Numbered from the stretch's first letter, positions 7,911-15,986 are shown. The stretch: 24,000 nt of DNA from Frankineae bacterium MT45 (GCA_900100325.1 LT629697.1:1647423-1671422), one strand, 5' to 3'. Numbers and translations: made by a program. The notes: a model not told the origin generated them from the letters alone.

Positions 7911-8801
7911 GTGACGGGAGACGCCTACAGCGCCACCGGTGACGACGACACGTCCCCGGCTGGATCGCTTGTGATGCGCCCAAGTCAGCGTGACGTCCCG
8001 GTCCCGATGATCGTGGATATCGGCATCGATGTCGCCGCCAGCCTCACCCGCACGGCGGTGGCCGTGACCCGCACCGGGCTGCGGGTCAGTCGGCCGCTGG
8101 TCGACGTCCTCATGCGCCCGCCACTGATCGCCCCCCGGTACTGGCCGCAGACCCGGCTGCTGGCGATGGCCGAACGGGGCCGTGAGCTCCGGACCGCTCG
8201 GGAGAAGCAGGCCGATGCGCTGCTGGGCGAGGTGGTGCCGGTGGTGGTGAACATGGTGCTGGACCGTCTCGACCTGACGCAGCTCGTCCTCGATCGGGTG
8301 CAGATCGAGAAGATCGTCGACAGCGTGGACCTCGACGCGGTGGTCGCGACGGTCGACCTGGACGCGGCGGTGGATCGGGTCTCGATCGAGCGCATCATCG
8401 ACCGGGTCGACATCGACGAGATCGTGGCCAACGTCGACCTCGCGCCGATCATCGCCCGGGTCGACGTCGACGGCATCGCGGCCAAGATCGACCTGGACGC
8501 GATCATCGGACGGGTCGATATTCTCGGCATCGCCCAGGACGTCATCGACGGCGTCGACCTGCCGGAGATCATCCGTGACTCCACCGGTGCCGTCGCCTCG
8601 GAGACGGTGGTCGGCGTGCGAATGCGCGGCATCGAGGCCGACGAGCGGGTGAATCGCCTCGTCGACCGGCTGATCCTGCGCCGGCACGGACGTGACTCGG
8701 CCGCGCCGACCTCCAAGAAGCAGGCGGCGGCCGACCGGGCGGCTGACGCGGCCGCGGCCGGCGGGCCAGATGGGACTGGGGGGCCGGATGTCCGCGACTG
8801 A
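7911..8801 (+). CDS. Hypothetical protein with ~11 tandem nonapeptide repeats (consensus VD-h-D-x-I-h-x-R)
   Basis: 296-aa ORF with highest GC3 in this frame. Its stop (TGA 8799-8801) overlaps the ATG of the next gene. Repeat units: VQIEKIVDS, VDLDAVVAT, VDLDAAVDR, VSIERIIDR, VDIDEIVAN, VDLAPIIAR, VDVDGIAAK, IDLDAIIGR, VDILGIAQD, VDLPEIIRD. GTG start at 7911 (alternative ATG 7974). TAGCGT at 7899-7904 could be a -10 for a leaderless transcript. Confidence 0.8.
   Translation: MTGDAYSATGDDDTSPAGSLVMRPSQRDVPVPMIVDIGIDVAASLTRTAVAVTRTGLRVSRPLVDVLMRPPLIAPRYWPQTRLLAMAERGRELRTAREKQADALLGEVVPVVVNMVLDRLDLTQLVLDRVQIEKIVDSVDLDAVVATVDLDAAVDRVSIERIIDRVDIDEIVANVDLAPIIARVDVDGIAAKIDLDAIIGRVDILGIAQDVIDGVDLPEIIRDSTGAVASETVVGVRMRGIEADERVNRLVDRLILRRHGRDSAAPTSKKQAAADRAADAAAAGGPDGTGGPDVRD
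8298..8579 (+). repeat. In-frame 27-bp tandem repeat array (nonapeptide repeats); more degenerate units extend back to ~8259
   Basis: Units start at 8298, 8325, 8352, 8379, 8406, 8433, 8460, 8487 and 8514. A 12-nt irregular insert follows at 8541, and the last unit runs 8553-8579. Many units begin with GTCGAC (the Val-Asp codon pair). Confidence 0.9.
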
Positions 8802-9318
8802 ACACACCTCGACCGTCCCGCCGTCGGCCCGTCCGTACCAGGGTCATCGGGCCGGCATCGTCACCCGGACGCTCTGCGCCATGGTGGACCTTCTCGTCGT
8901 CGTCATCATCGTGGCCGGAATCTATGCGGGTATCGCCGGCGTGGCCTTCGTCCTCGACCCCCGCAGCTTCCACTGGCCAAAGCATGTCGGGTTGAGCATG
9001 ATCGCCATCGGCTACGTGGTGGCCGTCATCTACTTGACGCTGGCCTGGGGTACCACCGGACGCAGCTACGGGGCCTCGCTGCTCGGCCTGCGGGTGGTGA
9101 ACATCCGGGGCGAGTTGATGCGCTTTCCCGGCGCCTTCCTGCGTGCCGTCTTCTGCGTCGGCTTCCCGATCGGTCTCTACTGGGCCGCGGTGAGCCGGTC
9201 GAACCGGTCACTGCAGGACGTGGTGCTGCGCAGTTCGGCGATCTACGACTGGCGGCAGAAGGTACAGCGCACCACGCTGCCCGAAGTCTCGCCGGAGACG
9301 GCCGCCCCCTCGGCCTGA
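8788..9318 (+). CDS. RDD family membrane protein
   Basis: RDD-type pattern: AGIVTRTLCAMVDLLVVVIIV, three hydrophobic helices, and GRSYGASLLGLRVVN. ATG 8788 overlaps the upstream gene by 14 nt. The longest ORF start (8692) lies deep inside the upstream gene. Confidence 0.85.
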   Translation: MSATEHTSTVPPSARPYQGHRAGIVTRTLCAMVDLLVVVIIVAGIYAGIAGVAFVLDPRSFHWPKHVGLSMIAIGYVVAVIYLTLAWGTTGRSYGASLLGLRVVNIRGELMRFPGAFLRAVFCVGFPIGLYWAAVSRSNRSLQDVVLRSSAIYDWRQKVQRTTLPEVSPETAAPSA

Positions 9319-9427
9319 GATTGCCGGAGGTTGCTTGCGCTCACCTGCGCGGCGCGGCAGGGTGGCAGTGGTGGGGTCGCGCGGGTGGCCCGCCGTCGAA
9401 GCAGCGCTGAGCTCAGATGGGACGACG

Positions 9428-10654
9428 ATGTCCAGCAATGAAACGTTCGTGATTGTCGGGGCGAGCCTGGCCGGCGCGAAGGCGGCCGAGGCTCTGCGGG
9501 AGCAGGACTTCGAAGGCCGGGTGATCCTGATCGGCGATGAGGTGCACCGCCCCTACGAGCGGCCGCCGCTCTCCAAGGGGTATCTGATGGGGAGTGCCGA
9601 GCGGGACTCGGTCTTCGTGCATGCGGCGAACTGGTACGACGAGCAGCACGTGCAGTTGCAGGTCGCCACCACGGTCACCGCCATCGACCGGACTGAGCAC
9701 CAGGTCGTGCTCGCCGACGACGAGTCGATCCGCTACGACCGGCTGCTCCTCACCACCGGATCGCGTCCGCGCGCGCTGACCGTCACCGGAAGCGACGCGG
9801 CCGGCGTCCACTACCTGCGCACCCTGGACGACTCCGAGGAGCTCGGCCGGGTCATCGAGAATGCCAAGCGGCTCGTCGTCATCGGTGCCGGTTGGATCGG
9901 GCTGGAGGCGGCGGCCGCGGCTCGGGCGGCCGATGTCGAGGTGACGGTGGTGGAGTCGGCCGAACTGCCGCTGCTGCGGGTCCTCGGACCACAGGTCGCT
10001 CAGGTCTTCGCCGACCTGCACCGCGGGCACGGCGTGGATCTGCGGTTGGGTGTCACGCTGCAGGAGATCACCACGGCCGACGGGCACGCCACCGGCGTTC
10101 GACTGGCTGGCGGTGAGGTCATCGCGGCGGACGCGGTCCTGATCGGGGTGGGTGTGCTGCCGAACAGCGAGCTGGCCGAGGCGGCCGGCTTGGACGTAGA
10201 CAACGGTGTGCTCGTCGACGACGCGCTGCGCAGCAGCGACCCGGATATCTTCGCCGCCGGCGACGTCGCCAACGCACTGCACCCCGTGCTGCAACGGAGA
10301 ATCCGGGTCGAGCACTGGGCGAATGCCTTGAAACAGCCCAAGGTTGCCGCGACCTCGATGCGGGGCGAGACGACCAGCTACCAGGATCTGCCGTATTTCT
10401 TTACTGATCAATACGACCTCGGCATGGAGTACGTCGGCTACGTCGCCCCTGATGAGTACGACGAGGTGCTCTTCCGGGGCGATCCGGCGGCGGGGGAGTT
10501 CATCGCCTTCTGGCTGAAGCAGGGACGAGTGCTGGCCGGCATGAACGTCAATGTGTGGGACGTCGTCGACCCGATCAAGGCGATCATCACCGCGGGTGCC
10601 GAGCAGGACCGGCAGCGGTTGGCCGACCCTGCGGTGCCGCTCGACGCACTGTAA
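9428..10654 (+). CDS. NAD(P)/FAD-dependent oxidoreductase, ferredoxin-reductase type
   Basis: Motifs: FVIVGASLAGAKAAEALR (FAD-binding GxGxxG-type), ERPPLSK, LVVIGAGWIGLEAAAAAR (NAD-binding), FAAGDVA, plus a C-terminal reductase-type domain. Start moved to ATG 9428 (MSSNETFVIVG); the longest ORF starts at 9335. Confidence 0.9.
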   Translation: MSSNETFVIVGASLAGAKAAEALREQDFEGRVILIGDEVHRPYERPPLSKGYLMGSAERDSVFVHAANWYDEQHVQLQVATTVTAIDRTEHQVVLADDESIRYDRLLLTTGSRPRALTVTGSDAAGVHYLRTLDDSEELGRVIENAKRLVVIGAGWIGLEAAAAARAADVEVTVVESAELPLLRVLGPQVAQVFADLHRGHGVDLRLGVTLQEITTADGHATGVRLAGGEVIAADAVLIGVGVLPNSELAEAAGLDVDNGVLVDDALRSSDPDIFAAGDVANALHPVLQRRIRVEHWANALKQPKVAATSMRGETTSYQDLPYFFTDQYDLGMEYVGYVAPDEYDEVLFRGDPAAGEFIAFWLKQGRVLAGMNVNVWDVVDPIKAIITAGAEQDRQRLADPAVPLDAL

Positions 10655-10805
10655 TCACCGGAAATCGTTGACTCCCGGCGATTCCCGCTCGCTGAACGTG
10701 CAGTTCGAAAATCTCACGGGAATGTGAGTACCGCTAATTTGCTGCACAAACCTGCCGTAGGACAAGGTGAATTCTTTGCGATTCGGCCTGCGGGTACCGG
10801 GAAAC

Positions 10806-10824
10806 GCTGTTAGATTGCTGTTAG
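10806..10824 (+). promoter_or_regulatory. Direct repeat GCTGTTAG (10806-10813, 10817-10824), 11-bp register, in the AT-richer leader of the S53 peptidase gene
   Basis: Seen in the sequence ~50 bp upstream of ATG 10875. The one-helical-turn spacing suggests a protein-binding site. No known motif assigned. Confidence 0.2.
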
Positions 10825-10874
10825 CTATACGGCTGTCGAAGGATCGACGGCTTGCTATCAGACATGGAGTCGCG

Positions 10875-13800
10875 ATGAATCCCCCCGCCATCGGCCGCGT
10901 CGACGTTCAAGACACCGCAGCCGTCCCCCGCCCCCGCCGCCGTATCGCGTTGTTGGGCGTCGCCGCCCTCGTGATCGGTCTCGTCTCGGCCGGAGTGTCG
11001 ACCTCGGTCGCTCAGGCCGCCACCGTGACCACGACGACTGCGGCGGCTGCCACGGACGTCGTTGCGAACTGCTCCGCCCCGGCGCCCGGCCAGGCCGCCT
11101 GTCTGAGTGAGCGGCGCACGGACGTGCCGTTGACCCCGGCCGTGACCACTGCGCCCGGTCAGGTCGCCCCGATGACGCTGCCGTACGGCTTCGGCCCGTC
11201 CAGCCTCATCGCCGCCTACGGGCTGGACGCCTCGCGCGGCAGCGGTGAGACCGTCGCCATCGTCGACGCCTACAACAACCCGAACGCCGAGTCGGACCTC
11301 GCGATCTATCGCTCGACCTACGGTCTGCCGTCCTGCACCACGGCCAACGGCTGCTTCCGTAAGGTCAACCAGAGCGGCGCCACCTCGCCGCTGCCGGCCA
11401 CCAACAGTGGCTGGGCCGGCGAGATCGCCCTCGACGTCGACATGGTCTCGGCCATCTGCCCGCAGTGCAACATCCTGCTGGTCGAGGCCAACAGCTCCTA
11501 CCTCTCCGACCTCGGAACGGCGGTGAACACGGCCGTCTCCCTCGGCGCGAAGTTCGTCTCCAACAGCTACGGCGGCGGCGACTCGAGCGGCCTCGACTCG
11601 TACTACAACCACCCGGGCGTGGCCATCACGGCCAGCACCGGCGACAGCGGCTACGGGGTCAGCTACCCAGCCAGTTCGCCGTACGTCACCGCAGTCGGCG
11701 GCACCTCGCTGAGCGTCGCGTCGAACGCCCGCGGCTTCACCGAGACGGCCTGGGCCGGCGCCGGCAGCGGCTGCTCCACGCTGGCCAGCCAGCCCACCTT
11801 CCAGCTCGGCGTCGCGACCGGCTGCACCAAGCGGGCCGTCGCCGACGTCTCGGCGGTGGCCAACCCGAACACCGGTGTCGCCGTCTACAACGGCGGCTGG
11901 GGCGTCTACGGCGGTACCAGCGCCTCCTCGCCGATCATCGCTTCGGTCTACGCGCTGGCCGGCACCCCGCCGAGCGGCGACTACCCGAACACCTACCCGT
12001 ACCTGCACACCGGTGACCTCAACGACGTCACCTCCGGCACCAACGGAACCTGCAGCGTGCACCAGCTCTGCAGCGCGGGCACCGGGTGGGACGGGCCGAC
12101 CGGTCTCGGCACCCCGAACACCGCGAATGCCTTTAACTCCACCGGTGTTGTCGGCACGCCGACCAAGCTCGGTGCCACGGTCACGGTGAGCAACCCGCTC
12201 ACGCCGGGACTCGGCAGCACCGTGACGATGACCCCGTCCCTGCCGACCGGTGACGCCGTCGCCTCGATCAGCTGGAAGTCAGCCCGGGCCGACTGCACGT
12301 TCGCCTCGCCGACGTCGGCTCAGACGACCGTCACCTGCAACGCGGCGCTGGCCACCACCAGCAGCGTCACCGTCACCGTCACCGACACCGCCGGCGCGAC
12401 GAAGGTCGTCACCTCAGCGATCACCTTCAGCATCCCGACGGTGAAGCGTGCCCTCTCGGTCGCCTTCAGCGTGGCCGGCCAGTCCGGCAGCAGCGCCAGC
12501 GTCTGCACCGGGGCCGCTGCGGCCATGCGGGCCGTCGTCACCGACACCGCCACCGGCGCCCCGGTGAAGGGGGTGACCGTCAGCTTCACCAGGAAGAACG
12601 GGGCGGCCGCCGCCGTCGCCAGCGGGTCGGCCGTGACCACCTCCGACGGTGTCGCCGCCGGCTCGGTCGTGGCCACCACCGCGATGTCGCTGACGGTGTC
12701 GCTGCACACCACCGCGGTGGGTGCCTTCAGCGCCCTCACCGGTGGCAACATCGCGCTGGTCGCCTCGAAGTGCTCGCCCACCGTCACCGCCTCGGCTGAC
12801 AAGAGCGCTTCGTACTACGGCGACGCGGTGACAATCACCGGCACACTGACCCGTCCGGGCTCCTCGCAGAGCATCCCGATGGCCGGTGTCGGCCTGGCCG
12901 TCACCGAGCCGATCAACGGCAAGACGGTCGCGATCGGTTCGGCCGTCGTCGCCGCGGACGGTACGTACACCGCAGTGGTCCACCCGACGGTCTCCGGCAC
13001 CATCACGGTGAGCCTGGCCGGCGGTACCGCCTGGAACGCCACCAGCGCCGTCGCCGGGACCGTGGCGGTGAGCATCCCGACCACGTCGCTCAGCGCCACG
13101 GCTGACCGCAGCCAGGTCGGCTACGGCGGCCCGGTGCTCGTCTCCGGCGTCCTGTACCGCAACGCCGGTGGAACCGTCACCGGGGCCACGACCGGCTCGA
13201 TCAGCATCCGCCTGACCCCGTCATCCGGCCCGGTACTGGTGCTGGGAGCCGCGGCTGTGGCCAAGGACGGGACATGGAAGGCGACGGTGCTGCCGAAGGT
13301 CGCCGGCACCATCAGCGCCGTCTTCCTCGGAGTGGCCGGCCTGCCGGCTGCGTCGGCCACCGTCGGAGCGATCAGCGTCGGCACCTGGGACACCGGTGTG
13401 ACGGTCTCCGCCACCGCCAACCAGGTTGCCGGAGTGCTGAACACGGTCACCGGGACGATGACCCGCAGCTACGCCGGTAGCACCATCTCGGCTCCGGGCC
13501 TGCCGGTGCGGATCTACCTGCAGACCACGGCTGGGGCGACCGTCCTCGTCGGGTCGGGCACCACCAACGCAGTCGGTGGCTACGCGGTGCGGACCTACTC
13601 CCAGGAGAACGGCACGCTGGTGGCCAAGTTCGCCGGCGCCACCGGCTACGCCCAGGCGGACTCGTCGGCCTTCGCGGTCGACGTGGCGACCAAGGTGTCG
13701 GCCTCGGCGCCGGCCACCGTCGCCTCCTCGGCGCCGGCCGTCGTGAAGGTCTCGGTCCTCGCGGCCCGGGCCCTCGGTGTCACCGTGCAGCGCCTGGTCG

Positions 13801-13970
13801 GCTCGTCGTGGGTGAACGTCGCGACGGCGACCACGGCGGCCAACGGGACGGTTGCGGTCTCCGTGACCGGGATGCCGGTGGGCCGTCAGACGCTGCGGGT
13901 GATCTCGGCCGGTGACTCGCGGGCCGACGCCGGAGTCAGCGCCAACCTGGCGGTCAACGTCCGCGCGTAA
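10875..13970 (+). CDS. Secreted S53 (sedolisin/kumamolisin-like) serine peptidase with C-terminal Ig-like repeat region
   Basis: GGAG at 10866-10869 precedes ATG 10875. Signal peptide with an arginine run (PRPRRRIALLGVAALVIGLVSAGVSTSVAQA). S53 motifs: ETVAIVDAY, WAGEIALDVDM (E/D pair), FVSNSYGG, ASTGDSGYG, YVTAVGGTSL, YGGTSASSPIIAS (catalytic Ser). From ~12141 to the stop there are about six ~100-aa A/T/V/S/G-rich beta-sandwich-like repeats. The longest ORF starts at GTG 10767. Confidence 0.9.
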   Translation: MNPPAIGRVDVQDTAAVPRPRRRIALLGVAALVIGLVSAGVSTSVAQAATVTTTTAAAATDVVANCSAPAPGQAACLSERRTDVPLTPAVTTAPGQVAPMTLPYGFGPSSLIAAYGLDASRGSGETVAIVDAYNNPNAESDLAIYRSTYGLPSCTTANGCFRKVNQSGATSPLPATNSGWAGEIALDVDMVSAICPQCNILLVEANSSYLSDLGTAVNTAVSLGAKFVSNSYGGGDSSGLDSYYNHPGVAITASTGDSGYGVSYPASSPYVTAVGGTSLSVASNARGFTETAWAGAGSGCSTLASQPTFQLGVATGCTKRAVADVSAVANPNTGVAVYNGGWGVYGGTSASSPIIASVYALAGTPPSGDYPNTYPYLHTGDLNDVTSGTNGTCSVHQLCSAGTGWDGPTGLGTPNTANAFNSTGVVGTPTKLGATVTVSNPLTPGLGSTVTMTPSLPTGDAVASISWKSARADCTFASPTSAQTTVTCNAALATTSSVTVTVTDTAGATKVVTSAITFSIPTVKRALSVAFSVAGQSGSSASVCTGAAAAMRAVVTDTATGAPVKGVTVSFTRKNGAAAAVASGSAVTTSDGVAAGSVVATTAMSLTVSLHTTAVGAFSALTGGNIALVASKCSPTVTASADKSASYYGDAVTITGTLTRPGSSQSIPMAGVGLAVTEPINGKTVAIGSAVVAADGTYTAVVHPTVSGTITVSLAGGTAWNATSAVAGTVAVSIPTTSLSATADRSQVGYGGPVLVSGVLYRNAGGTVTGATTGSISIRLTPSSGPVLVLGAAAVAKDGTWKATVLPKVAGTISAVFLGVAGLPAASATVGAISVGTWDTGVTVSATANQVAGVLNTVTGTMTRSYAGSTISAPGLPVRIYLQTTAGATVLVGSGTTNAVGGYAVRTYSQENGTLVAKFAGATGYAQADSSAFAVDVATKVSASAPATVASSAPAVVKVSVLAARALGVTVQRLVGSSWVNVATATTAANGTVAVSVTGMPVGRQTLRVISAGDSRADAGVSANLAVNVRA

Positions 13971-13991
13971 TCGCGGTAGTAGCTCCAGATT

Positions 13992-14036
13992 GCGACTGTA
14001 GGGCCTCGAGTTCATCGGGGCCCTACAGTCGCGTTT
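13992..14036 (+). terminator. Rho-independent terminator after the S53 peptidase gene
   Basis: Perfect 14-bp inverted repeat GCGACTGTAGGGCC (13992-14005) / GGCCCTACAGTCGC (14019-14032) with a 13-nt loop, followed by GTTTGG. It starts 21 nt after the TAA stop at 13968-13970. Confidence 0.75.
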
Positions 14037-14042
14037 GGCAGA

Positions 14043-14777
14043 GTGAGCGCGGTGAGCAGCGTCGGTGCGGTATTGACTGAGGTCTGGGACCGCGCCACCA
14101 GCAGCCAGCCCGCACCGACGATGACGCTGGTCGTGGCCGGCGGAGTATCGGCGCTGCTGCTGGTCGCCCTACCGATTGGCTGGCGCTACAGCCGGCACAT
14201 GGTCACCATCGCCCACGAGGCGTCGCACGGTGTGGTCGCCCTGCTCTGTGGGCGGCGACTGGCCGGGATCCGCCTGCACTCCGACACCTCCGGTCTCACC
14301 ATCTCCCGTGGCCGGCGTAGCGGCCCGGGGATGATCTGCACCGCCTTCGCCGGCTATGTAGGCCCCTCGCTGCTCGGCCTCGTCGGCGCCTACCTGCTCA
14401 GGCTGGGGCACCCGGTCGGCCTGCTCTGGTTGGCGTTGCTGCTGCTGGCCCTGCTACTCGTCCAGATCCGGAACTGGTTCGGCCTCTGGTCGGTGCTAAT
14501 AGCCGGGGCCGGGGTCTTCGCGATTTCGTGGTGGGGGAGCGCGGACGTCCAGTCGGCTGTGGCTTATGCCGGAACCTGGTTCCTGCTGCTGGCCGCGCCC
14601 CGGCCGGTCCTGGAGCTCCAGGCGCTGCGCCGACGTCATCAGGCCCGCAGCTCAGACGCCGACATGCTGGGTCGCCTCACCCCGGTTCCGGCGATCGTCT
14701 GGGTCGGGGTCTTCCTGGCCGTCACCGTTGGGACGCTGCTACTCGGCGGGCATTGGCTGCTGGCCTCTTCGGCGTAG
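14043..14777 (+). CDS. M50-like (HExxH) integral membrane metallopeptidase family protein
   Basis: 244-aa ORF with HEASH in MVTIAHEASHGVVALLCGRRLAGIRLHSDTSGLT and 5-6 hydrophobic helices. The GTG start at 14043 is only 6 nt after the terminator tail, so the start and promoter are uncertain (alternative ATG 14121). Confidence 0.75.
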   Translation: MSAVSSVGAVLTEVWDRATSSQPAPTMTLVVAGGVSALLLVALPIGWRYSRHMVTIAHEASHGVVALLCGRRLAGIRLHSDTSGLTISRGRRSGPGMICTAFAGYVGPSLLGLVGAYLLRLGHPVGLLWLALLLLALLLVQIRNWFGLWSVLIAGAGVFAISWWGSADVQSAVAYAGTWFLLLAAPRPVLELQALRRRHQARSSDADMLGRLTPVPAIVWVGVFLAVTVGTLLLGGHWLLASSA

Positions 14778-14793
14778 GCCGGGAGCGGTGCAG

Positions 14794-14808
14794 GCGGCGT
14801 GACGCCGC
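14794..14808. terminator. Short GC hairpin GCGGCG-tga-CGCCGC between convergent genes (possible bidirectional terminator)
   Basis: 6-bp stem with a 3-nt loop seen in the 43-bp gap between the stops at 14777 and 14821. No U-tract. Confidence 0.2.
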
Positions 14809-14820
14809 GACCTCGGCGGG

Positions 14821-15579
14821 TCAGGTGCGCTGCGATGAGATGAGGTAGGCGTCGACGACGATGTTGTAGTCGGCGTCCACGCCACCGTTCACGGCACAGG
14901 TGATGAGGACGACCCGGTTCGGGGTGTTGGCCATCAGCGACTTGACGTTGCCGGCCTGCTCCTTGGAGACCGCGAAGGCCCGCGTCACCCGGTACCGAAG
15001 CGTCCCGGTCTTCGTCTGCAGGGTCACCGTGTACCCGTTCATGGACGTAACCGGAAACGTCGGAATCCCGTTCTGCAGCAGGGGTTTCGCGCTCGGCACC
15101 TGCTTCATGGCCAGCTCGGAGAGAGGGTTGAAGACCAGCGGCGCCTTCGACCAGGAGTGCCCGAGGATGTAGCTGGTGCCCCCGGAGTTGCTCCCGGGCG
15201 CGACGCCGAACTGGCTCTTCACCCAGCAGACCGTGTGCCGCTGATCGCCGGGTGGGTCGAGCGGGCGGATGTAGGCCATCTGGCAGACCTTCGCCTTGAC
15301 GACGAAGGCCGGCCCGGCGATCTCGAAGCTCGTCGGGACGGCTGACGGGACGACGTCGTGGGGTACGGGGGTCGGCGTCGGCGCCGGGGTCGGGGGGATG
15401 GGGGTCGGCGTGGGTGCCGGGGTCGGTGCGGGTGTGGCCGGCGCGGCGACGGCCTGCGGGGTCTTCGAATGGTGGGCATACGCCAGGGCCGCGACGGCCA
15501 GAAGGGCCGTCGCGATCAGCGCCACGAGAGTCTTGCGCAAGCCATTCCAGTCGTTGTCGGTCGGGTTCTGCCCCACCAC
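14821..15579 (-). CDS. Class F-like sortase family protein (membrane anchored)
   Basis: N-terminal TM helix (LVALIATALLAVAALAYA) and a Pro/Thr/Ala linker. Sortase motifs SYILGHS (His) and RVVLITCA (TLxTC-type Cys). Start is uncertain: I use GTG 15579. The longest ORF starts at TTG 15654, which would overlap the divergent GntR gene by 49 nt. Confidence 0.8.
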   Translation of the reverse strand: MVGQNPTDNDWNGLRKTLVALIATALLAVAALAYAHHSKTPQAVAAPATPAPTPAPTPTPIPPTPAPTPTPVPHDVVPSAVPTSFEIAGPAFVVKAKVCQMAYIRPLDPPGDQRHTVCWVKSQFGVAPGSNSGGTSYILGHSWSKAPLVFNPLSELAMKQVPSAKPLLQNGIPTFPVTSMNGYTVTLQTKTGTLRYRVTRAFAVSKEQAGNVKSLMANTPNRVVLITCAVNGGVDADYNIVVDAYLISSQRT

Positions 15580-15605
15580 GGTAAACCGTGTGATTTGCTC
15601 AGACC

Positions 15606-15986
15606 ATGCCCCCTGCCGCCGAGCTGCTGATCGACGTCGACCCGGCGGCGGCAACCCCGCCCTTCGAGCAGATCCGGGCCCAGATCGCAGCGCAGGTGAG
15701 TGACGGCGTGCTGCCGGCCGGATTCCGGTTGCCGCCGGTGCGCCAGCTGGCCGAGACGCTCGGGCTGGCCGTCAACACGGTGGCCCGCAGCTACCGCGAG
15801 CTGGAGAGCGCCGGAGTCGTGGAGACACGAGGACGGGGCGGCACGGTCGTCACCGCCGGCGGCGACCAGGCGCGGCAACGGTTGCAGGAGCAGGCGCAGG
15901 GTTACGCCGAGATGGCCCATGACCTTGGCGTCACCCCAGCGGAGGCCCAGCGCATCGTTCTCGCCGCCATCGACGCCGCCCGCTGA
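15606..15986 (+). CDS. GntR family transcriptional regulator (short, HTH plus small C-terminal helix region)
   Basis: 126 aa. Winged-helix signature FEQIRAQIAAQVSDGVLPAGFRLPPVRQLAETLGLAVNTVARSYRELESAGVVETRGRGGTVV. Confidence 0.88.
   Translation: MPPAAELLIDVDPAAATPPFEQIRAQIAAQVSDGVLPAGFRLPPVRQLAETLGLAVNTVARSYRELESAGVVETRGRGGTVVTAGGDQARQRLQEQAQGYAEMAHDLGVTPAEAQRIVLAAIDAAR

Noticed and set aside
8298-8579. 27-bp tandem repeats considered as a possible CRISPR array
   Set aside because: The units are contiguous with no spacers, degenerate, in frame, and inside a coding sequence. No cas genes are present.
7830-8807. 325-aa antisense ORF (and 243-aa ORF 7985-8716) opposite the nonapeptide-repeat gene
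   Set aside because: They stay open only because the repeat is built from self-complementary GTCGAC codon pairs. Their products are His/Arg/Asp-rich, their GC3 is lower than in the plus frame, and the plus-frame gene overlaps the start of the RDD gene.
9407-9416. Perfect 10-bp palindrome CTGAGCTCAG, 12 bp upstream of the ferredoxin-reductase start
   Set aside because: It is too short to distinguish from chance, with no second copy or associated regulator in the window. Noted only as a possible operator.
11385-11410. LPATN string in the S53 peptidase as a sortase sorting signal
   Set aside because: It is internal to the catalytic domain and is not followed by a hydrophobic helix and positive tail. 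The protein's C-terminus (…LAVNVRA) has no anchor signal.
10821-12062. 413-aa minus-strand ORF (also 13221-14015 and 12414-12983) opposite the S53 peptidase gene
   Set aside because: Antisense shadows of a gene with unambiguous S53 catalytic motifs. Their composition is low-complexity and rich in Arg, Gly and Asp.
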